A DNA stretch of 64,000 nucleotides from a virus, in IMG/VR virus record IMGVR_UViG_3300030419_007002, positions 1 through 64,000 of that record; one strand, given 5' to 3'. This document shows, piece after piece, positions 27,281 to 36,952 of this stretch. The position numbers and the translations under genes are program-made. The stretch's first letter is position 1, and the number at the start of each line of letters is the position of its first letter. Below the pieces are notes generated by a model. The model was given only the letters and a program-made list of their open reading frames with translations, searched no databases and was not told the origin of the DNA.

Positions 27281-27309
27281 AATGTATCCTATTCTTATTT
27301 AAAAGTCAA
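27281..27309 (-). promoter_or_regulatory. sigma70-like promoter for the candidate ncRNA
   Basis: TTGACT (27309-27304), 17 nt, TACATT (27286-27281). Confidence 0.7.
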
Positions 27310-27788
27310 AGTCCACTGCTCCCGAACCCTCCAGAACCCCTCTCTGATTCAGAAAAATCACTTACCTCAACCCAGTCTGGGGTATAGCATTTTTCGATAA
27401 TTAATTGAGCCACTCTATCTCCGGGGTTTATTTCTATCTTGTTCCTTTCGCCGAACATACTTTCCATAGCAGAGTTTCTTTTACTCTTATCGAAAAGTGA
27501 GTCTGGTAAATTTAAATTTATAAGAACCACCCCAAGCTCACCTCTGTAATTTGAGTCCACAACCCCAGCCAAGACATCTAATCCCTTTTTTACGGCTAGG
27601 CCACTTCTTGGAGCGATCCTGCCGTAATACCCTTCTGGTATTTCTATTGATATGCCAGTAGACACGACGGCTCTTTGCATTGGGTTTATAGTCACCCTAA
27701 TATCACTAAATATATCAAAGCCAGCGTCCCCTGCGTGTTGATTTTCTGGCTTGATAGCTGAAGGAGATATCTTTTTAAACCTTATCAA
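27306..27788 (-). CDS. dut: dUTPase
   Basis: AGFD, RIAPRSGLA, GVVDSNYRGE, GDRVAQL, RGSGGFGSSG. Confidence 0.95.
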   Translation of the reverse strand: MIRFKKISPSAIKPENQHAGDAGFDIFSDIRVTINPMQRAVVSTGISIEIPEGYYGRIAPRSGLAVKKGLDVLAGVVDSNYRGELGVVLINLNLPDSLFDKSKRNSAMESMFGERNKIEINPGDRVAQLIIEKCYTPDWVEVSDFSESERGSGGFGSSGL

Positions 27789-28678
27789 ACTACAGCCCTT
27801 CCCTTGTCATCCTTCCAGTCTTGCTCTTTACGATCAACCTGTTTATTTCTAGACACTGCGCCTTCAATAATGTAACTCTCCATTCCGGCGTCAGACATCT
27901 GAGAGTACAGGGAACTAGTATCTTTAGGGAAGCAGGTTCCACCGAACCCATTTTTTCCATCAGGTCCCGGCACGGCGCTATGACTCGCTCCTATCCTGTC
28001 ATCGAGACAGGTCATTTCTCTTACCGATTCATAGTTTATATTAAGGCATTTACATAGCTCTGCGATTTCGTTAAAGAAAGAAACCTTGGTAGCCAAGAAG
28101 GAATTCCTTGCCAACTTAGATAGTTCAGCAGCTTCGGTGGACACGAAATTTAATGTAGGATGCTCTATCCGATTATTTCTTTTCGCTATTAAAAAGAGTT
28201 TCCTTATTATTTTCTTTACTTGTTTATTATTTATATCGTTAAGCCCAATTACCCACTGCTTACAATTTTTAAAATCATTTTCCCAATTAGCCTCCGTTAA
28301 AAACTCGGGCATGAAACTAACTCCGTGCTTCCGGCAGAACCCCGCGGGCACGGTCGACCTTACCACGATTGGGGAAAGATCTAAATGATCTGTTGATTCA
28401 AGCTGCTCTTCTGGGATCAAATCTCTCAACTGATTAATAACCTGCTCCACGACATCCGTACTGCAAGATCCGTCCTCTCTCATCGGCGTGGGTACGCAAA
28501 TAAAAACTAAATCACAACCAGCCAAATCTTCTAATCGTACATCTTTAGGAACCCTTTTCTTCTCGTCTATGTCATAAATCATAAAAGCAACGTCTTCATT
28601 ATCGGCGTACTCATCCTTGCAGCCGAAGAGCGACGTGGCTTTACCGACAAACCCATTCCCTATTATTCCGATGTTCAT
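27785..28678 (-). CDS. UDP-glucose/GDP-mannose dehydrogenase family
   Basis: GNGFVG, CVPTP, RSTVP, PEFL, KLARNSFLATKVSFFNE, GFGGTCFPKD. Confidence 0.9.
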   Translation of the reverse strand: MNIGIIGNGFVGKATSLFGCKDEYADNEDVAFMIYDIDEKKRVPKDVRLEDLAGCDLVFICVPTPMREDGSCSTDVVEQVINQLRDLIPEEQLESTDHLDLSPIVVRSTVPAGFCRKHGVSFMPEFLTEANWENDFKNCKQWVIGLNDINNKQVKKIIRKLFLIAKRNNRIEHPTLNFVSTEAAELSKLARNSFLATKVSFFNEIAELCKCLNINYESVREMTCLDDRIGASHSAVPGPDGKNGFGGTCFPKDTSSLYSQMSDAGMESYIIEGAVSRNKQVDRKEQDWKDDKGRAVV

Positions 28679-29112
28679 TCGACAGACTCTCCCCCGTTTG
28701 AATTTTCATTGCTCTCCTGCATTAGGTAGCCGCATATCGTCACTACATTCATTATATCTTTTGCTTTCATGTCTGTTGCATTACATGAATCAGAATCATC
28801 CTGCAGCACATCGCAAAACCCGTTGATCAATTGTGAAATACTCAAGCACAGTTGTGCTGGTAATTCTACTGTTTGAGAAAAGGAGGAGAAAGGCTTCTTT
28901 AGAACCCAGTATTCATTAGATTCTTGTATAAAATCTATTTTTTGTAAATCTTTCAGCGCGCACAGCAGAATCGCCTTGTCCTCCTCCTTATCTTTAGACT
29001 TCGGTAAAATTGTGCCGAAATCCCTGTCTATAGATAGCGTGTCCTTGTCTGCGAACCACTCAAAAAGTTTGTTAGATGCATCTAGTGAGGTCATTTCAAG
29101 AACATAATACAA
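28675..29112 (-). CDS. hypothetical protein
   Basis: ORF; likely start MTSLDAS at 29094. Confidence 0.65.
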   Translation of the reverse strand: MYYVLEMTSLDASNKLFEWFADKDTLSIDRDFGTILPKSKDKEEDKAILLCALKDLQKIDFIQESNEYWVLKKPFSSFSQTVELPAQLCLSISQLINGFCDVLQDDSDSCNATDMKAKDIMNVVTICGYLMQESNENSNGGESVE

Positions 29113-29137
29113 ACCATTAAAAATAAATCAATTTTTT

Positions 29138-29166
29138 TTGACTTTCTTATTAAAAGAATGTATCCT
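29138..29166 (+). promoter_or_regulatory. sigma70-like promoter at the strand switch
   Basis: TTGACT-17-TATCCT, with a divergent TTGATT..TATTAT on the minus strand. Confidence 0.6.
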
Positions 29167-29176
29167 ATAGTCGTAT

Positions 29177-29437
29177 ATGAACACAGAACAAACCACACCA
29201 GTAGACACGTGCCGGACAACCCGAAGGGGTAGACCTCCGGTTAAGCTTGATTGGCCAGAGGGTAGCTTTACTGTTTCAGATGTTAAGAAAACGTCTGGGC
29301 AGGCACTATCAAATGTATCTATTCAGCTTAAAATTAACAAAGCTGTTTCTGACGGAGCGTTGCAAGTTGTAGGCAAGGTATCGTCAGGGATGGGCAGACC
29401 AAAGGTTACCTATAGAAAAACTACAGGAACTCCTTAG
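29177..29437 (+). CDS. putative small DNA-binding protein
   Basis: RRGRP AT-hook-like motif, wHTH-like end G.GRPKVTY. Confidence 0.55.
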   Translation: MNTEQTTPVDTCRTTRRGRPPVKLDWPEGSFTVSDVKKTSGQALSNVSIQLKINKAVSDGALQVVGKVSSGMGRPKVTYRKTTGTP

Positions 29438-29442
29438 TGTGC

Positions 29443-29467
29443 GGGGGGTTATACCCCCCTTTTTTTT
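29443..29467 (+). terminator. intrinsic terminator
   Basis: GGGGGGT-TAT-ACCCCCC followed by T8. Confidence 0.75.
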
Positions 29468-29893
29468 ATGACCAAAGGAAAGGACAGGATATCTTGGGAT
29501 GAATATGCCCTAGAGCTAGCTTGGGTTGCCTCAAAAAGAAGCGAAGACCCATACCTAAAGGTCGGCGCATGTATCCTTAGGCATGACAACTCAGTTGCGT
29601 CCCTAGGTTATAATGGAGCACCGAAGGGGATAGAGATAGATTGGGAAGATAGAGACGAAAGGAGAAAAAGGGTAATACATGCAGAAATTAATGCCCTTAG
29701 ATATATTAAACCCCAAGAATGTAAAACTATTGCGGTAACTCACTTACCATGCAACGACTGCCTTAAATCTATAGCTTCTTACGGAATTCATAACGTGATC
29801 TTTTCTGAGATTTACGAGAAAGATCCCTCATCCCTAGAGATAGCTAGGGATTTAAAAATAAACTTAAAAAGCATCTTAAAAATCGAAAATTAA
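29468..29893 (+). CDS. dCMP deaminase
   Basis: RSEDP..KVGA, GYNG, HAEINA, PCNDC. Confidence 0.92.
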   Translation: MTKGKDRISWDEYALELAWVASKRSEDPYLKVGACILRHDNSVASLGYNGAPKGIEIDWEDRDERRKRVIHAEINALRYIKPQECKTIAVTHLPCNDCLKSIASYGIHNVIFSEIYEKDPSSLEIARDLKINLKSILKIEN

Positions 29894-29928
29894 TCCTTGA
29901 TTCAGGAGGGGTTTTATGCTAGATTTGG

Positions 29929-30564
29929 TTGATGATTTTTCTTGGAATATCTGGAGTAGCTGGTTCAGGCAAGGATCTTTTTTTTAAAAAACTTAAAAAA
30001 GAACTAGCCAAGATAAACGTACAGGCAGAGAGATTAGCCATAGCAGATGCCCTAAAGTCAGAAATTAATTCTATAACGATACCTAGATATGGGATTAATG
30101 CCTTATCGTGTACCCGAGAAGAAAAAGAAACGATCCGAGGCTTACTTGTCGAATATGGAACCTCGAAGAGGAAGCAGACCGCTGGCCGACATTGGATCGA
30201 TAAGCTCGGAGAGAAAATAGACGCGCTAGACTTCGAAGAGCCTACAGTAGTATGTATTACCGACGTTAGATATGCGGAATATGAAAAAGATGAATTGCAC
30301 TGGTTGAAAGAAGAGCTAGGCGGCAAGCTTGTACATATCTCCCAGTATACCTATGGCTTTGGAGGGGAGAAAAATTACCTAGACCCAGCTAACTCAGAGG
30401 AGGAAAGGCAAGAGCCCAAGCTTAAGAAAGAGTCTGACTACAGGCTCGAATGGCAATTTAAAAACGGCCCCAAATCAGAAATGCAAGAATATACATCGGG
30501 CAAAGTAAGAGAATTTTTAGAATGGATACTACAAAATGAAAAGGAATGGCTGGAAAGAGCTTAA
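29929..30564 (+). CDS. deoxynucleoside monophosphate kinase
   Basis: GISGVAGSGKD, ADALK, R.LL..YG, ITDVRY. Confidence 0.8.
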   Translation: MMIFLGISGVAGSGKDLFFKKLKKELAKINVQAERLAIADALKSEINSITIPRYGINALSCTREEKETIRGLLVEYGTSKRKQTAGRHWIDKLGEKIDALDFEEPTVVCITDVRYAEYEKDELHWLKEELGGKLVHISQYTYGFGGEKNYLDPANSEEERQEPKLKKESDYRLEWQFKNGPKSEMQEYTSGKVREFLEWILQNEKEWLERA

Positions 30565-30981
30565 GAAGATAATTTCGAGCTATACTTCTGAAAAATCAAA
30601 AGCTCCGAGCGAAGGGGAACTGATAACCCCGCTCTTTGCTATGAAGCCTTCAAACCCGGTCTCGATGTCTGAGGCATACGCTAAAGTATTACTAGGCAAT
30701 GACTTACCGATAGAAAAATTTATTTTCTTAACCTGCGGTATTAAAAAAAAAATATTTTACACGCAACCATATCCATCAACTCAGTACAATCGCCCGACTC
30801 GACCGATGAAGACAAAAAATTTGACAGTACAGAATTTAGTGACTTCATTAACTACGCCACAACACCCATGAGAATGTTCGCCATGACAAAAAAGCATATA
30901 GATATAATAACTTTTGACAACGAACAGATGACAGCAAAACAATTTGAACTCCACCTGACAAGGTGGTTAAATAAAACTTAA
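30536..30981 (+). CDS. hypothetical protein interrupted by a frameshift at an A10 run
   Basis: 0-frame stops at 30871; the -1 frame after A10 (30743-30752) stays open to TAA 30981, next to the following ATG. Confidence 0.55.
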
Positions 30982-30982
30982 A

Positions 30983-31579
30983 ATGAATGAAACAACAACG
31001 TTAGATAAATCCTTAGCTCAAGACGTCAAAGATAAAGACTGCGAAGAGGCGCTAATAGAGCTCATCAATAGGCACACCCCACTGTGCTATAATATATATA
31101 AAAAATACCAGCCAGCCATAACGGCCTCCGGACACTGCATAACAGAGATATCGAAAGAAAAAGATTACTGGGTATATAAAGCGGCAAAAAGTTACGACCC
31201 CACAAGGAAAGTTAAGTTTTCTACTTGGCTGGGTAACCAAATAAAATACCATTGTTTAAACGTAATAAACGACAACAGATACATAGCAGTAGAAGACAAG
31301 GATTTAGATTTCCTAATCAATAAATCGCCCTCGGAGGAAACGTCAGACTTCCAAGCTGAAATCGATTTTGTCTTTAATATTTTAGACCAACTTAGAGATA
31401 AAAGAATTAAAAAGGTGTTTGAAGAAAGATACTTCAGCAAAACCGTCAAGAAAAAACCTTGGTCTAAAATAGCAAAGATAGTAGGAGTGAGCACTCAAAC
31501 AGCTATTAACCTACACGAAAGAGGAATAAGTATTTTAAAGAGAAAAATGTTATCGAAACAATCTCCAGATAAAATATAA
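30983..31579 (+). CDS. phage RNA polymerase sigma70-family factor
   Basis: Region 2 (EEALIELI...KAAKSYDPTRKVKFSTW) and region 4 HTH (WSKIAKIVGVSTQTAINLH). Confidence 0.85.
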   Translation: MNETTTLDKSLAQDVKDKDCEEALIELINRHTPLCYNIYKKYQPAITASGHCITEISKEKDYWVYKAAKSYDPTRKVKFSTWLGNQIKYHCLNVINDNRYIAVEDKDLDFLINKSPSEETSDFQAEIDFVFNILDQLRDKRIKKVFEERYFSKTVKKKPWSKIAKIVGVSTQTAINLHERGISILKRKMLSKQSPDKI

Positions 31580-31580
31580 T

Positions 31581-31608
31581 TTGACATTCCGCTTTAATAT
31601 GATATCAT
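31581..31608 (+). promoter_or_regulatory. sigma70-like promoter
   Basis: TTGACA-16-TATCAT, 9 nt before ATG. Confidence 0.6.
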
Positions 31609-31617
31609 TAATCCGAT

Positions 31618-31875
31618 ATGAGTACAAACAACAAATGGAGCGATAGAGAAGTCGGTGCCTTTTGGAAAAGGGAAGGTAAATCTTCTGGTCGAAAATACTT
31701 GGCTGGTCACATGGAAGTGAATGGCGAAAAACAAAAAGTTGTTGTATTTTCTAACTCCAATAAGAAAAATGACAAGGCCCCAGATTTCAGGGTTTACTTG
31801 TCAGACGAAGTAAGCCGTGAGGGCTCACCAACCACCGACGATGCTCAGGAAGAATCAGCAGATCTCCTGCAGTAA
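31618..31875 (+). CDS. DUF736-like putative ssDNA-binding protein
   Basis: VGAFWKR...YLAG...KAPDFRVY, acidic C-terminal tail. Confidence 0.6.
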   Translation: MSTNNKWSDREVGAFWKREGKSSGRKYLAGHMEVNGEKQKVVVFSNSNKKNDKAPDFRVYLSDEVSREGSPTTDDAQEESADLLQ

Positions 31876-31890
31876 AATAACGCAAAACAC

Positions 31891-31921
31891 AAAATCAGGG
31901 CCTCGTGCCCTGATTTTTTTT
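31891..31921 (+). terminator. intrinsic terminator
   Basis: AAAATCAGGGC-CTCGT-GCCCTGATTTT followed by a T run. Confidence 0.8.
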
Positions 31922-31955
31922 GTATTTTTACATAATTGATAGTATCATCATCTAT

Positions 31956-33044
31956 ATGAACCTTTCTTTAAATTTACCTTTGAATAGCGTAAGCTTTGGG
32001 CAGGTGTCTACAGCCTTGCTAAGGGAGGTGTACAGCAGGGGAATGGAGCCCTGCTTATTCCCTATAGGAAACGTAGATATAACCTGCCAACCGGATGATA
32101 AGGACTTCTCTGACTGGATAGATACGTGCGTGAAAAAGGCTAACTCACATCACGACAGAAAAACCCCCACCCTCAAGCTGTGGCACATAAATGGTTCGCT
32201 AGAGTCTTATAGCGAGAAACAAATGCTATACACCTTTTACGAGCTAGACCAACCCACCGCCATAGAAACTAATATTTTAAAAAATAATACAAAAGTTTTG
32301 GTAAGCAATACAGAGGCGAAAGAAGTCTTAAACCTCAACGGGGTTGAAAACGTAAGCGTTATACCTCTGGGATTTGACAAGACTAACTTTAAGGTCTTAG
32401 ATAAAAAATACTTTTCAGACAATAGGATAGTATTTAATATTGTAGGAAAATTTGAAAAAAGAAAACACCACGTAAAACTCATAAGGTCTTGGATAAAAGC
32501 TTATGGAAATAACCCAAAATATTTCCTTCAGTGCTCTATATGGAATCCATTCCTGAAGCCAGAAGACAATAATAGCATCATAAACCAGATAACAGAAGGA
32601 AAAAAGTTTATGAATGTTAATTTCTTAGGGGCCATGCACAAAAATTCGGTATACAATGATTACCTAAATTCATCTAGCATTATTATAGCTATGTCAGGAG
32701 CAGAGGGGTGGGGGCTACCAGAGTTTCAGTCCGTAGCAATGGGCAAACACTCGGTAGTCTTAAACTGCACGGGCTATAAAGAGTGGGCAAATAAAGATAA
32801 CTCAGTACTAATAGAGCCTAAAAACAAAATAGAAGTTTATGACAATATGTTTTTTAAGAAGGGACAAGACTACAGCCAAGGGAATATATATGATTTTTCG
32901 GAAGAAGAATTCCTAAAGGGTTGCGAAGAGGCGGTAGCCAGATTCTCTAAAAATAAAATAAACGAAGAAGGACTAAAGCTCCAAGAAGAATTTACTTACC
33001 CCAAGATGCTAGACTCCATAATAGAGGCATCAGAAACCATTTAG
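31956..33044 (+). CDS. GT4 (GT-B) glycosyltransferase
   Basis: VGKFEKRK, S.AEGWGLPEFQS; likely start MNLSLN. Confidence 0.8.
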   Translation: MNLSLNLPLNSVSFGQVSTALLREVYSRGMEPCLFPIGNVDITCQPDDKDFSDWIDTCVKKANSHHDRKTPTLKLWHINGSLESYSEKQMLYTFYELDQPTAIETNILKNNTKVLVSNTEAKEVLNLNGVENVSVIPLGFDKTNFKVLDKKYFSDNRIVFNIVGKFEKRKHHVKLIRSWIKAYGNNPKYFLQCSIWNPFLKPEDNNSIINQITEGKKFMNVNFLGAMHKNSVYNDYLNSSSIIIAMSGAEGWGLPEFQSVAMGKHSVVLNCTGYKEWANKDNSVLIEPKNKIEVYDNMFFKKGQDYSQGNIYDFSEEEFLKGCEEAVARFSKNKINEEGLKLQEEFTYPKMLDSIIEASETI

Positions 33045-33048
33045 CAAT

Positions 33049-33402
33049 ATGCCTCTTTACATATACGTACATCCAGAAACAGAAGAACTGATAGAGATTA
33101 GGCAGAGGATGACTGATACTCACGTATACATAGATGAGCATGGAACAGAATGGAGTAGGGTATACACCGCGCCAAAAGTTTCCGCAGACACGAACTTGGA
33201 CGCTTTCTCATCCAACCAATTCTTAGACAAGAGCTATAAAAATAGCGACAATAGTAATGTAGGCGACCTTTACGATATGGCAAAAGAAGCCAGTGAAAAG
33301 CGCAAGCAAAAACTTGGATATGACCCAGTGCAACAGAAATTTTTTAAAAATTACTCCGAAAAAAGAAAAGGTCGTAAGCACCCCAATGATCCATCCAAGT
33401 GA
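33049..33402 (+). CDS. FmdB-like phage protein
   Basis: MPLYIY.HP...E..Q.M...H; SEKR...GYDP. Confidence 0.55.
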   Translation: MPLYIYVHPETEELIEIRQRMTDTHVYIDEHGTEWSRVYTAPKVSADTNLDAFSSNQFLDKSYKNSDNSNVGDLYDMAKEASEKRKQKLGYDPVQQKFFKNYSEKRKGRKHPNDPSK

Positions 33403-33511
33403 AGCATACACTTACTAACATCTCACAAACAAAAAAGTTCTTTTAGAGTTTTTTTTCTTTCTTTTTCGAGCGAAACCATGTAATATTTACTACCACGATT
33501 GGTATCTAAAA

Positions 33512-35941
33512 ATGAATTCGGCCTCAAGCAAAATAAGTGTTAAAAAAAGGAACAATAGACTTCAGCAGCTAGATATAGACAAAGTAAATATATGTGCACA
33601 AAGAGCCTGCGAAGGCCTAGAAGACGTTTCCGCCAGCGAGGTGGTCATAGATGCTAACGTCCAACTTTACGACAAAATACCCACTAAAGAGATTGACAAG
33701 GCACTGATTATGTCCGCTAGGACGAAGATAGAAAAGGAGCCTAATTACAGTTACGTGGCGGCCAGATTATTATTGGGTAATATCCATAAAGAAGTTTTTG
33801 GAAGTAGCGTGGACAAAGATGCATTTGACCACCAGTATAGATTATCTTTCATAAGGAATATCAAATTATTAGTAAAAGAAGGAATACTTAATAAGAGATT
33901 ACTTGAATTTGATTTAAAAAAATTGTCAGAATCCCTTTCTCTAGAAAGAGATTATAATTTTAAATATTTAGGATTACAAATTCTCTACGATAGATATTTC
34001 CACAAGCTAGACAAACGAAGGTTAGAGTCACCCCAGTCCTTTTGGATGAGAGTCGCCATGGGATTGGCTCTTAACGAAGATGACAAAGAGAAAAAAGCAA
34101 TTGAGTTTTACGAGGCTATTAGCACGTTTAGACTTTGCCCATCTACGCCTACGCTTTTTAATAGCGGAAGCGTACGCTCGCAGCTTAGCTCTTGCTACCT
34201 CAATACCTTTGATGACTCCATCGACGGTATCTTTGAGGGTGCATGGCAAGAAGCAAGAAAATCTAAGTTTGCCGGAGGTTTAGGCTTTGACGTTTCTAAT
34301 TTTAGGGCAGCTGGGTCATACATTAAAGGCACCAACGGCTCCTCCAGCGGAATAGTTCCTTGGCTTAAAATATTTAATGATCTTTTGGTTGCAGTAAACC
34401 AAGGTGGTAAACGCCCCGGTGCGGGGTGTGCGTACCTAGAACCTTGGCACTTAGACATAGAAGACTTTTTAGACCTCAAAAAGAACACTGGGGACGAACG
34501 CAGGAGATGTCACGACCTAAATACAGCGAATTGGATACCTAATCTTTTTCTAAGAAAAGTTGAAGAAGATGATGACTGGTACCTATTTAGCCCAAGTGAT
34601 ACCCCAGATCTTCATGGCCTCCATAGCGAACAATTTGACAAGAAGTACAAAAGCTATTGCTCAAAAGCCGACAAAGGAGAAATCGAAAACTTTAAAATCA
34701 TTAAGGCCAAGGACTTATGGAAGAAAATGCTTCGCTCCCTGTACGAAACAGGACACCCTTGGATGACATTCAAAGATAATGCTAACCTTAGGTACTCCAA
34801 TTACCACGAAGGCATTATTAATAGCTCTAATTTGTGTACAGAAATTTTCCTCCACACGATCCCCTCAAAATACAAGCAAGGGGAAAAAACAGAAGTGGGG
34901 GAAACCGCAGTCTGCAACTTAAGCTCTATAAATCTAAAAACACACCTAAAGAAGAATGGAAAATTAGATTTTAAACTTCTCTCTAAGAGTATATCTACCC
35001 AAATGAGGATGCTTGATAATGTAGTTGATCTTAACTTTTACCCGACGAAAGAAGCAGAGAAAGCTAACATGGCCCACAGACCCGTTGGCGCAGGAACCAT
35101 GGGATGGGCTGACGTGTTTCATTCGTATGATATAGATTTTTCCTCCAAAGAAGCGGTCAGGCTTTCGGATGAACTATATGAATTTATTTCTTATCACTGT
35201 ATCCTCAATTCAAGTAAGCTAGCGAAGGAGAAGGGAAAATACTCCTCCTACGAAGGATCAAAATGGAGCCAAGATATCTTACCTATAGATACCTATAAAA
35301 ATCTTATGGATTATTTAGGCGAAAAGCCTATTATGCATAAGGGCAGACAATATGTTTTGGAGACGGATTGGAGAGCTTTACGGGATAGTATTAGGGTACA
35401 CGGTATGCGTAACAGTAATACTATGGCTATCGCTCCTACTGCTACTATATCTTATATACAGGGCTGCTCGCCTTCTGTTGAGCCAGATTTTTCTGTTCTT
35501 TTCGTTTACGAAAACAAATCAGGAAACCTGACTATAACTAACGAGTGGTTCGTGAAGGAGTGCAAAAAACTAGGCATATGGAATAGCTCCCTTATAGAAA
35601 TGATTAAATCTGTAGACGGAAACCTTAATAATTTAAATGGAGAAATACCGGAAGAAGTAAAAGAAAAACACAGAAGGGCATTTGACCATGATCAGTTTTC
35701 TTTAATCGACAACGCCGCAGCGAAACAGAAATGGATAGACATGGGGCAGAGTTTGAATTTATTCAACAATAAAACTTCATTAAAATATTTGAATGATCTT
35801 TATATTTATGCTAATAAAAGAGGTCTAAAAAGCACGTACTACCTCAGGACAGAGTCGGCGAGTAAAATAGAAAAATCTACCACGGCAAATCAACCTGCGG
35901 CTTGCAGCATATTGGACCCAGATTGTGAAAGTTGCCAATGA
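33512..35941 (+). CDS. nrdA: ribonucleotide reductase class I alpha subunit (ATP cone)
   Basis: VKKR cone, STPTLFN, LSSC, NQGGKRPG, SNLCTE, CNL, APTATIS, KSTYY, CESCQ tail. Confidence 0.97.
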   Translation: MNSASSKISVKKRNNRLQQLDIDKVNICAQRACEGLEDVSASEVVIDANVQLYDKIPTKEIDKALIMSARTKIEKEPNYSYVAARLLLGNIHKEVFGSSVDKDAFDHQYRLSFIRNIKLLVKEGILNKRLLEFDLKKLSESLSLERDYNFKYLGLQILYDRYFHKLDKRRLESPQSFWMRVAMGLALNEDDKEKKAIEFYEAISTFRLCPSTPTLFNSGSVRSQLSSCYLNTFDDSIDGIFEGAWQEARKSKFAGGLGFDVSNFRAAGSYIKGTNGSSSGIVPWLKIFNDLLVAVNQGGKRPGAGCAYLEPWHLDIEDFLDLKKNTGDERRRCHDLNTANWIPNLFLRKVEEDDDWYLFSPSDTPDLHGLHSEQFDKKYKSYCSKADKGEIENFKIIKAKDLWKKMLRSLYETGHPWMTFKDNANLRYSNYHEGIINSSNLCTEIFLHTIPSKYKQGEKTEVGETAVCNLSSINLKTHLKKNGKLDFKLLSKSISTQMRMLDNVVDLNFYPTKEAEKANMAHRPVGAGTMGWADVFHSYDIDFSSKEAVRLSDELYEFISYHCILNSSKLAKEKGKYSSYEGSKWSQDILPIDTYKNLMDYLGEKPIMHKGRQYVLETDWRALRDSIRVHGMRNSNTMAIAPTATISYIQGCSPSVEPDFSVLFVYENKSGNLTITNEWFVKECKKLGIWNSSLIEMIKSVDGNLNNLNGEIPEEVKEKHRRAFDHDQFSLIDNAAAKQKWIDMGQSLNLFNNKTSLKYLNDLYIYANKRGLKSTYYLRTESASKIEKSTTANQPAACSILDPDCESCQ

Positions 35942-36951
35942 TGAATAAAAATGGATTATTACTAGATGGGGATACGTCAGGAGTCAACCAGATACTACCT
36001 CATAAACATAAACTCGCTTGGGATTTATTCCTTAAAGGAGTGGCCAACAATTGGTCGCCAGCGGAAATAAACATGAGCGACGACGTAGAGCAATGGAAAA
36101 ACGAGACCCTTACTAAAGATGAAAAATTACTAGTTAAAAGATGTCTTGGATTTTTTGCCGGAAGTGAGTCCTTGGTTGGCAATAACCTACTGCTTAATGT
36201 TGCGAAGTGGATAACGGACGCAGAATGCGGCCAATACATAATGAGACAAGCTTATGAAGAGTCCCTACATAACTGGACGGTAGTAACTTGTTGCGATTCT
36301 TTTTCCTTAAAAGTATCTGAAGTATATGAAGCTTATCTAAACATCCCCTCTATTAAAGCGAAAGATGATTTCTTGATGCAGATTACAACCGATATTAATC
36401 GTCAAGATTTTTCTACGAAAACCACCGAGGGGAAAAGGGAATTCTTAAGGAACCTAATAACTTACTACATTGTCTGCGAAGGAACGTTCTTCTTTAGCGG
36501 CTTCGCTATGCTTTTGGCGCTAGGAAGACAAAACAAACTCCCCGGACTATCAGATCAGATAAGATATACCCTTAGAGACGAGAGCCTACATATTCAATTC
36601 GGCACATACCTAATCAATACAATTAAACAACAATACCCATCGGTGTGGACAAAAAAATTCGAGCAGGAAACCGTAGAGCACATCAAGAAAGCTGTAGAAT
36701 TAGAAGTACAGTATGCTCACGACGTACTCCCAAGGGGTATCTTGGGGCTTAATGCTGATATGTTCGTAGACTATATGCAATATATTGGCAACAGGCGACT
36801 CGAAGGAATTGGCATCGACTTCCGATTTGACAGCGACCAGAATCCATTCCCTTGGCTTTCTGAGGTTGTCGATACGGGAGCGATGACCAATTTCTTTGAG
36901 AGAAAGGTGAAAGACTATCAGAGTTCAGGCAGTTTAGAAGACGACTTCTAA
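35938..36951 (+). CDS. nrdB: ribonucleotide reductase beta subunit, class Ic-like
   Basis: FFAGSESLVGNN, EESLH, EGTFFFSGF, RDESLH, NPFPW, NFFE.+V..Y. Confidence 0.95.
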   Translation: MMNKNGLLLDGDTSGVNQILPHKHKLAWDLFLKGVANNWSPAEINMSDDVEQWKNETLTKDEKLLVKRCLGFFAGSESLVGNNLLLNVAKWITDAECGQYIMRQAYEESLHNWTVVTCCDSFSLKVSEVYEAYLNIPSIKAKDDFLMQITTDINRQDFSTKTTEGKREFLRNLITYYIVCEGTFFFSGFAMLLALGRQNKLPGLSDQIRYTLRDESLHIQFGTYLINTIKQQYPSVWTKKFEQETVEHIKKAVELEVQYAHDVLPRGILGLNADMFVDYMQYIGNRRLEGIGIDFRFDSDQNPFPWLSEVVDTGAMTNFFERKVKDYQSSGSLEDDF

Positions 36952-36952
36952 T

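Noticed and set aside
26950-27400. Plus-strand ORFs 26950..27144 and 27176..27400
   Set aside because: Non-ATG starts, against the local gene orientation, and they overlap a terminator, a promoter and dut
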